A DNA stretch of 64,000 nt from Candidatus Multivoradales bacterium (GCA_965248925.1 CBDFLE010000006.1:4320001-4384000), one strand, 5' to 3'; numbered from the stretch's first letter, positions 18,587-28,715 are shown. Numbers and translations: made by a program. Notes: a model not told the origin generated them from the letters alone.

Positions 18587-19093
18587 AGTGGTCCCAAAAC
18601 CCCCTGATGTTGTTGCCGCCGGTGCGACCTGCCCCTCTCTGACTGAGTGCACCTGCGAGCCGAAATCTTGGCTTCCCATCGCTGACCATCACCTATTTCC
18701 GGTCGCCGGCCTTGCGGCGGGCCACTGGCCGTGCCCCTTCGCGGCTGCCGTGGTGCCGGTGGTTGCCCTACCCCCACCTCGCAAATCATGGCTTAGAAAG
18801 AGGTCGAGTCTAGCGCCACAAGAGCACTCCAGGAAGAGCCGACGATGTCTCGCTGGTGGCCAATTGCGGGCAAACCCGGCCGTTTTACGGAGGCGCCGGT
18901 TATAGGCCAGCGAGGCAACTCGAAAACAATCAGGCCCGTGGTGCTGGCTCAGCTCCCGAAAGAAAAAATCTAGAGAGTCAGCTGCTCGGGCGATGGCGCC
19001 GGGGGGATCCCGGCCCGGCAGAAGTATGGCTAGCTGAAAGGAGGTGGTAGCGACCTACGAAACTCGTATTGAGGGGGTCTTTTCTGACCCCTC

Positions 19094-19148
19094 GTGACTT
19101 CAAGAAACAGTGACTTCAAGAAGTGATTTCAAGAAGTGATTTCAAGAT
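19094..19148 (+). repeat. Four 13-bp direct repeats GTGA(C/T)TTCAAGA(A/T)
   Basis: Copies at 19094, 19110, 19123 and 19136, just upstream of the ATG at 19171. Confidence 0.9.
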
Positions 19149-19170
19149 CCAACCTTAATAGGTATTTAAG

Positions 19171-20010
19171 ATGAAACTTTCATGTTGTTTAACGAAATGC
19201 ATCGCCTCTTTCTCTCTTCTCCTACTTAGTTCCTTGCCAATCCATGCTGATGGCGACCATGGTGGCACTTGTGCCGAAGCCAGCGTGGTGGGCCAGAGTG
19301 GGGTTAGCGGTGTTCACGAGAGCGCTGCCGACGCTGATTACTTTCGCATCAATATCGCTGCTGCCGGTGTCTTGACGGTGCAACTAGCTGCCGTCGGCCA
19401 GGAGCCCCGTTTGCAGTTTTTGGGCCGCGACTGTGCGGGTAACCGCGTCGCCGTGCACTATTTGGAGAAGAGCGATGTGATCCAGGTGATGGCGGTCGAC
19501 GAAGGAGGTGACTATTTCTTCGCCGTCGTCGGGCCAGCAACCGGCTCCACCGGCTCCTACAATCTATCGAGCAGTTTCTTCGCCTTGCCGACGCAGGCCA
19601 CTCAACAGGTCACCCTGCCACTCCAGTCGGTCGCCCTCTGTGGTGCGCCGCAGGCGCCGCAGGTGACTCTCGAGGATGGCAATGACCTGATCCAGGTGCT
19701 CGACGACGATCCGGTGGATGATGACGGCTCGGGTGAGCAGGTCGTGGTGATCGATGTCGATCAATTTGGCGCCCTCTGGATTGGCAGCGATTCTCTGGCC
19801 GCTACAGGGTCGCTCTACACTGCCGCCGCCTGCGATAGCAAGAGTCAGATCTTCGGCGATGAGTTGCTCGCCGACGGCGGCACGGTATGGCCGCTGGCGG
19901 CTGGCACCTACTATCTGCGCTTGCGTGCTGTTCCGGCTGGCAACTCTTCAGGCAGCGTTGAGCAAGCCCAGTACACCCTGAAATACGTTGCTCTGCCGAG
20001 TCTGGGTTGA
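19171..20010 (+). CDS. Secreted protein with PPC-like (pre-peptidase C-terminal) domains
   Basis: Signal peptide; DGDHGGT, DADYFRI, GDYFFAV..G.TGSYNL, AAGTYYLRL. Confidence 0.7.
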   Translation: MKLSCCLTKCIASFSLLLLSSLPIHADGDHGGTCAEASVVGQSGVSGVHESAADADYFRINIAAAGVLTVQLAAVGQEPRLQFLGRDCAGNRVAVHYLEKSDVIQVMAVDEGGDYFFAVVGPATGSTGSYNLSSSFFALPTQATQQVTLPLQSVALCGAPQAPQVTLEDGNDLIQVLDDDPVDDDGSGEQVVVIDVDQFGALWIGSDSLAATGSLYTAAACDSKSQIFGDELLADGGTVWPLAAGTYYLRLRAVPAGNSSGSVEQAQYTLKYVALPSLG

Positions 20011-20632
20011 GGCCGATGCGGTAACGGCGAAGATGGCTGATACTCAGATGAGTGAAACTTTTTAGGTTTTTTTAAATCTAGGTGACCAGTTTGGCGCTTA
20101 AATGCGCGTTTAGTAGATGACCGCAAAAACAGAGACGAAGGTCAGAGAGCCCCCAGGAGGCGTCGCCGAAGCATTAGCTTGGACGTCGCCTAACGGTTGA
20201 TCGGAGTCTCGCGGTCATCATGGTTGTCAGTTTCTTTTGCCACGGGAGTCTAAGAAACTATTGATTAGTGGCAATTTGACGGAGCGGTTCTGCTTGAGGG
20301 TCCAACCCCTCAATCGTATCCCGCTGGCCCGCTAGCAGGCCGCTCCTTTGGTTCATAGTATTTTCTTGGCGTAACTCTCTATAGTGATTGTCTGGGGTTG
20401 TGGGGCAGCGCAGCGCGAATGCGTTGCGCTGCCCCTCGCCCTCAAAAGACCCCGCCGGTCACGAACTTCCGCTGGGTGACTGGCGCCGCAACCCCTGAGC
20501 ATCCCGCCTCGGCCCAGCAAGGCACCCAAGAACTCCACCACCTGTTAGCTTGCGGCAGTTCCTTGTTAGATGCTGGGGCGAACCCAGCGGTAGACTTTTT
20601 ATGGCTACATCGTTGCAACTACCAGCAGGAGG

Positions 20633-23533
20633 TTGTCCGTGAGTGCCCTGGCGCGTGGCATTGGGCCACTGATATCGATCGTCGTGGCGGTGATTGTGAC
20701 CGTCATTGTGGGCGGATTGCCGGTCGGGGTTGACCGCTCGCATCAAGATGCTACTGACGCTGCTGCGGTGGAGACGCCGCTAGTGTTGGCCACCAACTTG
20801 GCCCAGGCTGCGGCCCATCCGCACCAAGATCCGGATGCCGCCTACCGTTACTTCCTTGACCAACGCGGCCTTGAGGCCGGTAGCGAGATCGACCTGGGCC
20901 GTCGCTATGCGGCGGCGGTTCGGCAGATGGCGAAAATGCCGGTTCATGTAGCCAGTTCTGGTCGCTGGCGGTCGGCGGCAATGGCCAAGACGGGCGAGCT
21001 TGGCCGCTGGCAGAGTCTCGGACCGGGCAATATCGGGGGCCGCACCCGCGCTCTGCTGATCGACCCGCGGCGGCCGCGGACGATGTATGCCGCCGGGGTC
21101 TCTGGCGGTATTTGGAAGACCACCGACGGTGGAGCCTCGTGGCGCGCTCTGGCCGATCTGCTGCCCAATATCGCGGTCAGCACCCTGGCCTTGGACCCGA
21201 CCAACCCGGAGGTGATTTACGCTGGCACCGGTGAAGGATTTTTTCGCGAGGTGGTGCGGGGTACGGCGTTGCCTCTGCGCGGTGCGGGAATTCTGGTGAG
21301 CCGCAACGCTGGCCAGACTTGGCGGCGGCTGCCGGCTACCGCCCATGCCGACTTTCATTGGGTCAATGACCTGGTGATCTCGAGCAGCGATTCGCGGCGG
21401 CTCTATGCCGCCACCCGCAGCGGTGTGTGGCGCTCGCTGGATAGTGGCGACTCGTGGACACGGATATTGGCCAGCACGGTCAATGGTGGCTGTCTGGATT
21501 TGGCGCTGCGCAGCGACCGCAGTGAGGATGTGCTGTTTGCCGCCTGCGGCACTTTCGAACGAGCCACCGTCCACCGGCGGATCGGTGCCGAGGCCGACGG
21601 GCGGTGGCAGGCGGTGCTGTCCGAGGAGGGCATGGGGCGTACTTCCCTGGCGCTGGCGCCCTCCAATCAAGACATCGTCTACGCTCTTTCGGCGAGCTAT
21701 GTCGGAGGACCGGGGGGACTCTACAACGGTGGACTGCACGCGGTCTTTCGTTCGACCACGGGCGGTGCTCCGGGCAGCTTTCAGCCGCAGGTGCGCAACT
21801 CCGACGGCAACCAGCTCAACACCCTGTTGCTGTCCAATCCCATCGGCCAGACAGTGGTCGCCTGCGGTTTGGGTAGCAGCAATTTCAACTCGACGCTGGG
21901 TTGGTACGCCAATGTCATCGCGGTGGACCCGACCGACCCGCAGGTGCTGTGGGCCGGAGGCGTAGATCTCTTCCGCTCTGACAATGGGGGCCAGGATTGG
22001 GGGCCGGTAAGCTATTGGTTCGAGTCCCCGCCCTCCGCCCATGCCGATCAACACGCGCTGGTCTTCGATCCGCGCTATGACGGGACTTCCAATCGGCGGC
22101 TGTTTGTCGCTGGCGATGGTGGGGTCTACCGCAGTGACAACCCCCGAGCCAGCAAGGGGAGCGGGACGCGTGCGACTTGCAGCCGGCGAGAATCCGATGT
22201 GCGGTGGACTAGCTTGGCGCGGGGCTACGGTGTGACTCAATTTTATCACGGCACCCCCTATCCGGATGGCAGCCGCTTCTTCGGCGGCACGCAAGACAAT
22301 GGAACCGTGCGCGGCTCTTTGGCCGCTGGTTTCGATGGCTGGAATCCGCTTTTTGGCGGTGACGGGGGCTATACCGCGATCGACCCGACGAACACCGACA
22401 TCCTCTACTTGGAGACCCAGCGGCTGAATTTGCAGAAATCTGTCGATGGCGGGGCGACATTCAGCTCGGCGATCAACGGCATTACCGAGACCAGTGGCAA
22501 TTTCTTGTTCATTGTTCCTTTTGTTCTCGACCCCAATGACCCGCGGCGGCTGTGGATCGGTGGTCGCAGTCTTTGGCGTAGCGCGGATCGGGCGAATAGC
22601 TGGAACCGGGCCAGCGCCACCCTGCGCGGCCAAGTCAGCGCCATCGCGGTGGCGTTGGGGAATTCCGACCGCGTGCTGGCTGGCACTAGCGACGGTTGGA
22701 TTCATCGCCACGAGGCGGCGACTAGCAGCGTGGCCGCAAGCACTTGGCAGGCGACTCGGCCGCGTTCGGGCTATGTCACTTGGCTGGCTTTTGATCCTCT
22801 CGATGAGCGCGTGGCCTATGCCACCTATGCTGAGTTTGGTGGTCGCCATGTCTGGCGTACTACCGATAGCGGCATTACCTGGAGCGCGTTGGATGGCCAG
22901 GGCACGGGGCGGCTGCCAGATATTCCAGTCCACTCTCTGGTGGTCGATCCTGGTAACCGGCAGCGGCTGTTTATCGGCACCGATCTAGGAGTGTTCGCGT
23001 CGACCGACGGCGGCGCCAGTTGGGCGGTGGAGAACACCGGCTTCGCCAATACGGTGACCGAATCCCTGGCTTGGGTCGAGCGAGCCGGCGGCCGCCCTCT
23101 GCTCTATGCCTTCACCCACGGTCGTGGTGCTTGGAGGGTCGAGGTCGCGCCATCGATGGGTGGCGGTGGCGGTGGTAACGACGATTCCTGTCCTTGGCCG
23201 CTTGGACACGGCCATTTTTGCCGCGATTGCGGTCCTTGTGCCAACGGCCAGGGGGACTGCGATCGGCTTAGTGAGTGCCAAACCGGGCTCGAATGCGTCA
23301 ACGACATCGGCGCGCAGTTTGGATTCGCGCCGGGGATCGACGTCTGTCGACCGGCTGCCGGTGGCGCTTGCCCATGGCCGCCTGGCCACGGCCACTTCTG
23401 CCGCGATTGCGGTCCCTGCGCCTCTGGCCAAGGCGACTGCGATAATGACTCCCAATGCCAGCCGGGGCTTGCCTGCGTTGACAATATCGGTGCCGAGTTC
23501 GGCTTCAGTGTTGCTATTGATGTGTGTCGCTAA
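20633..23533 (+). CDS. Secreted BNR/Asp-box beta-propeller protein (VPS10/GH74-like) with two C-terminal Cys-rich repeats
   Basis: WQSLGPGNIGGRTRAL; many S/T.D.G.[ST]W Asp boxes; GGTQDNGT; FTHGRGAW; then a Gly linker and two 54-aa repeats with 8 Cys each. Confidence 0.85.
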   Translation: MSVSALARGIGPLISIVVAVIVTVIVGGLPVGVDRSHQDATDAAAVETPLVLATNLAQAAAHPHQDPDAAYRYFLDQRGLEAGSEIDLGRRYAAAVRQMAKMPVHVASSGRWRSAAMAKTGELGRWQSLGPGNIGGRTRALLIDPRRPRTMYAAGVSGGIWKTTDGGASWRALADLLPNIAVSTLALDPTNPEVIYAGTGEGFFREVVRGTALPLRGAGILVSRNAGQTWRRLPATAHADFHWVNDLVISSSDSRRLYAATRSGVWRSLDSGDSWTRILASTVNGGCLDLALRSDRSEDVLFAACGTFERATVHRRIGAEADGRWQAVLSEEGMGRTSLALAPSNQDIVYALSASYVGGPGGLYNGGLHAVFRSTTGGAPGSFQPQVRNSDGNQLNTLLLSNPIGQTVVACGLGSSNFNSTLGWYANVIAVDPTDPQVLWAGGVDLFRSDNGGQDWGPVSYWFESPPSAHADQHALVFDPRYDGTSNRRLFVAGDGGVYRSDNPRASKGSGTRATCSRRESDVRWTSLARGYGVTQFYHGTPYPDGSRFFGGTQDNGTVRGSLAAGFDGWNPLFGGDGGYTAIDPTNTDILYLETQRLNLQKSVDGGATFSSAINGITETSGNFLFIVPFVLDPNDPRRLWIGGRSLWRSADRANSWNRASATLRGQVSAIAVALGNSDRVLAGTSDGWIHRHEAATSSVAASTWQATRPRSGYVTWLAFDPLDERVAYATYAEFGGRHVWRTTDSGITWSALDGQGTGRLPDIPVHSLVVDPGNRQRLFIGTDLGVFASTDGGASWAVENTGFANTVTESLAWVERAGGRPLLYAFTHGRGAWRVEVAPSMGGGGGGNDDSCPWPLGHGHFCRDCGPCANGQGDCDRLSECQTGLECVNDIGAQFGFAPGIDVCRPAAGGACPWPPGHGHFCRDCGPCASGQGDCDNDSQCQPGLACVDNIGAEFGFSVAIDVCR

Positions 23534-23624
23534 GCTGGCACCGATGGCTTAGAATGTGCGGCCGGTCGACGCCTGAAGGGGGCTGCGATCGGGCCGGCTT
23601 GGTGCTGCTGAGAGAGGTTTCGAG

Positions 23625-24794
23625 ATGGCTTTCCGCGCATACCCTATTGTCTTGGCGATCTTGGTTCTCGGTTCGCTGGCGGCTTGGTTGCTGCCTTTTG
23701 GGCTCAGTGTCGCAGTGTCATCGCCACTACCCTCGCTATTGCCATCGCTTCTGTCATCGTCATCCGAGCCGCTGATGGTGGAATCACGCAGTTGGCTCTC
23801 CGAGATATACACCGTAGATCGCAAGTACGGTTCGATGATGGGCCCTTTTAGCCAGCGCGAGTTGAGCCTGGGCGAGGCAGGTGCACCGCGCGAACTGCTG
23901 TGGATCACCGGCTACCGTGCAGTGATGGTCAGTGCCGACGGCGAGACCCGAGTAGCCCGAGACTTCATGTGCCACTCCAATCTCGATATCAACTCCGAGT
24001 CCCACCGCCAGGCTTTCTCCACCGATCTGGCGTTCAGTCCGCGTCTCTTCACCCTGTCCCAAGGCCAGTTCGAAATTGAATTTCCGGCCGGATTTGGTAT
24101 TCCGCTGCTCTCTGACGAGGTGCTGTCGCTGGGTACGCAAGTGTTGAATCTTAATATCGAAGGGAAGAGCTTCGCGGTGCGCCATCTGGTGACGGTGAAC
24201 TTCGTTCGCCAGAGCCAACTCGAACTGCCGATGAAACCACTCTTTCCTATCGGCGCCTATGGTCTCAAGCTGCTCGCTGGTGATCACGCTTATTTTGGCA
24301 TCACGCGGCCCGACGGCGAGCGGCATGGTCCCGGGTGTCTGGTCGGCAAGAGTGCATCGGAGCATAGCTACGAAGATGCCCTGGGCCAGACCTTCACCGG
24401 CCATTGGGTGGTCGAACCAGGACGTGAGGTCAACCGCACCCTGGTGACCCGGCTGATGCTGGTGCCCTTTGCTACCCGAGTGCATTACATCGCTGTTCAT
24501 CTACATTCCTTCGCCGAGTCTCTGGAGCTACGCGACCTGACCACTGGCGAGACTCTCTTTCGCAGCAGCGCTCGGGGGCATGAGGACCGCATTGGTTTGG
24601 CGGCGGTGGAGCACTATTCGAGCAGCGACGGGTTCGCGGTCTATCCCGACCACGAGTACGAGTTGGTCAGCGTCTACCACAACACCAGCGATCAGCCCCA
24701 AGACTCGATGGCGGTGATGTACATGTACCTACGTGACCATGAATTTGAGAGTCGCTACGCCGTTCGCCAGGACTTTGACCAGTTGTTGCGTTGA
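23625..24794 (+). CDS. Exported protein, possible copper type II monooxygenase (PHM-like) fold
   Basis: N-terminal hydrophobic segment; IAVHLH motif and downstream YHN...DSMAVM. Confidence 0.55.
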   Translation: MAFRAYPIVLAILVLGSLAAWLLPFGLSVAVSSPLPSLLPSLLSSSSEPLMVESRSWLSEIYTVDRKYGSMMGPFSQRELSLGEAGAPRELLWITGYRAVMVSADGETRVARDFMCHSNLDINSESHRQAFSTDLAFSPRLFTLSQGQFEIEFPAGFGIPLLSDEVLSLGTQVLNLNIEGKSFAVRHLVTVNFVRQSQLELPMKPLFPIGAYGLKLLAGDHAYFGITRPDGERHGPGCLVGKSASEHSYEDALGQTFTGHWVVEPGREVNRTLVTRLMLVPFATRVHYIAVHLHSFAESLELRDLTTGETLFRSSARGHEDRIGLAAVEHYSSSDGFAVYPDHEYELVSVYHNTSDQPQDSMAVMYMYLRDHEFESRYAVRQDFDQLLR

Positions 24795-24819
24795 ATCGCG
24801 GTCCGTGCCGTCGCTTGAG

Positions 24820-26826
24820 TCAGTGAGGGCAGAGGTCTTGCCAGCTGATTTGTGAGTTCTGCGGCTGGTTTTGGCTCGCTGGCTCGGTGGAGGGTTCCGG
24901 CGTTTTCTGGAACCACGTTTCCTGGAATCCTGCGAGTTGGCGGCGGGCGAGAGAGAGGTCGGGGCTGATGCTGAGGGCTTTGCGGTAGGCCTTTTCCGCC
25001 GTGCTGTGGTCGCCCATGGCTAGCAGGGCATCGCCCAGGGATGCGGCCAGAGCAGCGCGGATCTTGGTGCCGCTACGGTTTAGTTGCGGGACTTCTTGGC
25101 ACAGCAGCCGAGCGGTCAAGGCGGCGTCTTGGGCGATCAAGGGGGCGACGAGTTGGCGTGCCCGAGTCGGGGTTAGCCGGCCCTGCCGCTGATAAACCTC
25201 GATCGGCCATCGCCCGATCAGCGGATAGGAGGCGATCTTGCGAAACTGGCGCTCGAACACCGCCCGCCCGTCGCCTTGGCGGAAGCCAAACATCAAGGCG
25301 CGGCTGCCGAGACCTTGGTGGGCGCGACCCTGGATCATCGAAACTATGAAGTCCGACTGCATCAGGGTCTTGATCACCTGCAGAGGAGCTTCGTAGATCA
25401 GCTGCTCATGGTGCGGTCGACTGAGGTAGGCGAAGGGTCGCGGTGACAAGATCTTGCTGCTGGAGATAAAGCCCACATGCGGTTTGCCTGGGCCACCGCT
25501 ATGCGCGCGACGGACCAACTGAACGATCTCTAGGGCTCGCCAATCGAGAGGGTCAGGCGGTGCGCTGACGCCGGCTAAGATTCGCTGCGAAAGGGTCGGT
25601 GGTTGCTGCCGTGGCTGCCAAGCAGCTTGCCAGCAGATAAGCAGACTACCGAGGACTAGCAGGGAGGTGAAAATCCTGCGGCTACGGCGGTTCTCGAACT
25701 GCTGCACCCAGGCTGCCGCGATCAGTGCCAATAGGGGGTAGGTGGGCACAAAGTAGTAGAAGTTCTTGACCGCCTGAAGCGATAGCAGGAGGGTCGAGCT
25801 GACGCAGCAAGCAGCTAGGAGCAGTACCGCCGATTGGCGTTTGACGATCCCCACCACTAGGCCGATGGCAACGGCTGTCGCCAAGAAGAGGGAAGCGTCC
25901 TGGTGGAAATGCTCGACATACCAGAAGATCGACTGACGGTCGGCCCAGCGCTGTGAGTAGGTGGCTTGAATCTGCTGCGCGAAGCTCAGCGTCTGGCCCA
26001 GTACGCTGAAGTAGAAGGCGCCAGCCAGGGTTACCGTAAGGGCGATCGCGGGTAGCATTCGCCGAAAGATTCGTTGTTTCAGATTGCGCCAGAGGACGGC
26101 TCGGGCGGGCTCGCTGCGGCTGGGATCGGCGAGTCCGTCGCCGAGGGCCAGCAGGCAGACCAGGGCGCAGGGGGCGAATAGAAAGATCGCCGGATAGACC
26201 GATCGCATCAGCAGCCCGTAGCCGAGGATCAGGCCGAAGAGCAGGGAAAAATCGAGTCGGCGCAAGCGATCCGTTTTGAAGATGGCGTAGGTGCCGAGGG
26301 TGGTGATCGCCACCACTCCAAAATGGGGCCAGAAGATCCTCGCCAACACGCCGACATGGGGGGCAGTGGTAGCCAGCAGCATGCCCAGCAGTGCTGTCCG
26401 CCGGTCGAAAAGCAGCTGGCCGAGGGCATATGTCGAGAAGACCAGCATTGCCAGGTAAATGGAGTTGACCCCCAAAATAGCGACGTCGCCACGGGTGCCA
26501 AAAGCGGCATAGAACGGTGTTGCCAGGCCAACAAAGAAGAAGGTTGGCCGCACACCGAGACGCTGGAAGTAGGTTTCCCGCAGGGTCACTCGACTCGGCG
26601 AGCGCAACATCTCGTAAGTGTCCAGACTCTTGCTCAAGTAGGAGGCTTCGTCCCACAGCGGATTCAGATGGTCGGCTCTCAGCCAGTAGGCGTTGTGGAG
26701 AATTGAGCCGAGGAGTAGGAGCAAGGCGCCGGCAAGGTGCCCGCCTCGCGGCAGGTCACCAACTAGCTCGCCGAATAGGCGCCGCCACGCTGAGGAGGAT
26801 TCGGCGGCTGAGTTCAGTGCTTGCAT
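24820..26826 (-). CDS. GT-C (ArnT/PMT-like) membrane glycosyltransferase with a C-terminal TPR
   Basis: WDEASY acidic motif after TM1, many TM helices, YFVPTYPLLAL, terminal TPR; start uncertain (26826-26967). Confidence 0.75.
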   Translation of the reverse strand: MQALNSAAESSSAWRRLFGELVGDLPRGGHLAGALLLLLGSILHNAYWLRADHLNPLWDEASYLSKSLDTYEMLRSPSRVTLRETYFQRLGVRPTFFFVGLATPFYAAFGTRGDVAILGVNSIYLAMLVFSTYALGQLLFDRRTALLGMLLATTAPHVGVLARIFWPHFGVVAITTLGTYAIFKTDRLRRLDFSLLFGLILGYGLLMRSVYPAIFLFAPCALVCLLALGDGLADPSRSEPARAVLWRNLKQRIFRRMLPAIALTVTLAGAFYFSVLGQTLSFAQQIQATYSQRWADRQSIFWYVEHFHQDASLFLATAVAIGLVVGIVKRQSAVLLLAACCVSSTLLLSLQAVKNFYYFVPTYPLLALIAAAWVQQFENRRSRRIFTSLLVLGSLLICWQAAWQPRQQPPTLSQRILAGVSAPPDPLDWRALEIVQLVRRAHSGGPGKPHVGFISSSKILSPRPFAYLSRPHHEQLIYEAPLQVIKTLMQSDFIVSMIQGRAHQGLGSRALMFGFRQGDGRAVFERQFRKIASYPLIGRWPIEVYQRQGRLTPTRARQLVAPLIAQDAALTARLLCQEVPQLNRSGTKIRAALAASLGDALLAMGDHSTAEKAYRKALSISPDLSLARRQLAGFQETWFQKTPEPSTEPASQNQPQNSQISWQDLCPH

Positions 26827-26942
26827 GGGAGCGTAATTCCGACCGACGCCGCGGTGGGGAAGAACGCCGCGCCGTGCTTCGTTGATAGTGTCGCGGGAAG
26901 AATAACCTACGTCGGACTGATCTCTGACGCCGAGGAGCCTCT

Positions 26943-28490
26943 GTGCTGAGACGATGTAGTAGGACACTTCGAGAACTGGCGCGCCGAGAGTGGGTTGGGG
27001 GGCTGAGCGGACTGCCGGCGGCGCTACTGTTGCCGCTGGCGCTGCCGTTAACTTTAGCTATGCTCGGTGGCTGTCAGCAACCGCCGGCAGAGGGCGAGCC
27101 CGGCGGCGAGGTCGTGAGTCTACCCGCCAAGTCCCACAACGTCGTCATCATGCTGATTGATACGCTGCGCGCCGATCGTTTGGGAGTTTACGGCTACGAG
27201 CACCCGACTTCCCCCAACATCGACCGCTTGGCGGCCGAGTCGGTGCTTTTCGAGCGAGCCCACGCAGCGGCGCCTTGGACCTTGCCCTCGGTGACTTCGC
27301 TGATGCTTTCACAACCGCTGTGCGAACACGGGGTGGTCTATGATCGTCAGACCTTGCAGCCCGCGGCGCGGCCGCTAGCCTTGCGGCTTAACGAATTCGG
27401 CTACCGGACCGCGGCTCTCTTCGTCAATCCCTATGCCGGCAAGCTCAGTGGGTTGGATTTGGGATTCGAGACTAGCCGGCTCGAAAGCCGGCAAAACGAT
27501 GGGGCGCGAGTGGCCGAGTGGTTGGCCGAGTCGACCGGCGAACGGCCCTTCTTCCTCTACCTCCACAACACCGAGCCACACAATCCGCCGGCAGCCAAAA
27601 GGCGTTTCCTCGATGCCCTGGGCTATCGCATCGATCAGCAAGAGCGGCAGGAGCTGGCTAGCTTGATTCGCCGCTATCGGCAGCTGACCCGAATCGACTT
27701 CGTTCGCGGCCAAGTTCTGGGAACCACCGATAACACGGTCGAGCAGCAGCGGGCCTTGGCCCGTCTCGACCAGTTGCGGCCGCTTCACGAGCAGCTTTAC
27801 GATGCCCAAGTGATGGCCGCTGATGAGCGCGTCGGCAGTGTCGTCGAGACCCTTCGAGACCACGGCCTGTGGCGGGACACGCTGTTTATTCTGTTGGCGG
27901 ACCATGGCGAAGAGATGGCTGACCACGGGGGTTGGCAGCACGACCAATCGGTCTACGAGGAGCTGATCCATGTGCCGTTGCTGGTCAAGCTCCCCGGGGG
28001 GTCGCACGCTGGTGAGCGGGTTGGCGCGCGGGTCAGCTTGCTCGATGTTCTGCCCACCGTGATGGCGGTTCTTGGACGCTCCGACTTGGCTCAGAACAGC
28101 CGCGGTAGGAGCCTGCTGGCGTTGCTCGGCGACGGCGAAACCACTGCCGAATACAGCGGCATGCGGGTCACCAGTCTGCGGCACAACGCCAAGAAGTACT
28201 ACCGGCCCTGGTTCGAGCAGCGTGGAGATGTCAATGTGGTGGTGGTCGACGAACCTTGGAAGGGAATCTACAACGCCGAGGTGCCGTCCTTCGAACTCTA
28301 CGATCTATCTCGCGATCCCGGCGAGCAGAACGATCTCAGCAGTCGTTTGCGGCGCCGTACCCGAGCCATGTTGCGCTGGGCCGAGGAGTATCGACAGAGT
28401 TGCTTGGCTCTGAGCCTCAATGCCCCGCCCTCGGCGGTGGTCGAGGCTGATCAGTTGCGGGCGCTCAAGGCTCTGGGCTACGTCAACTGA
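26943..28490 (+). CDS. Sulfatase-like (alkaline phosphatase superfamily) protein, probable lipoprotein
   Basis: NVVIMLIDTLRADRL, APWTLPS, ADHGEE, HDQSVYEELIHVPL, ELYDLSRDPGEQ, LKALGYV; lipobox-like LGGC; start uncertain. Confidence 0.85.
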   Translation: MLRRCSRTLRELARREWVGGLSGLPAALLLPLALPLTLAMLGGCQQPPAEGEPGGEVVSLPAKSHNVVIMLIDTLRADRLGVYGYEHPTSPNIDRLAAESVLFERAHAAAPWTLPSVTSLMLSQPLCEHGVVYDRQTLQPAARPLALRLNEFGYRTAALFVNPYAGKLSGLDLGFETSRLESRQNDGARVAEWLAESTGERPFFLYLHNTEPHNPPAAKRRFLDALGYRIDQQERQELASLIRRYRQLTRIDFVRGQVLGTTDNTVEQQRALARLDQLRPLHEQLYDAQVMAADERVGSVVETLRDHGLWRDTLFILLADHGEEMADHGGWQHDQSVYEELIHVPLLVKLPGGSHAGERVGARVSLLDVLPTVMAVLGRSDLAQNSRGRSLLALLGDGETTAEYSGMRVTSLRHNAKKYYRPWFEQRGDVNVVVVDEPWKGIYNAEVPSFELYDLSRDPGEQNDLSSRLRRRTRAMLRWAEEYRQSCLALSLNAPPSAVVEADQLRALKALGYVN

Positions 28491-28715
28491 GCGGCCCTCG
28501 CCCGGCGGTTGAGGCCTCGATTTGAGGCTGGACAAGAGATAGCCAGAATGGCATACTAGCGTACGAGCGTTATTCAGCCCGCCTCGGCACATCGAGACGG
28601 AGCCGCAAATGGCGTTTCGCCACGCAAAACGCCTATCGCTTCTCAGAACAGCAGACGTTCAAGACAGAAGACGCTACAGGCTAATCAGAGACCCAGCGAC
28701 TTGGAGGAATTTGAA

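Noticed and set aside
19094-19148. Direct repeats as a mini CRISPR array
   Set aside because: Units are 13 bp and essentially adjacent with no spacers; no cas genes in the window
20780-22933. Long antisense ORFs (also 49000-50595, 52119-53099, 54110-55219)
   Set aside because: Shadow frames of real genes in GC-rich DNA with no recognisable motifs
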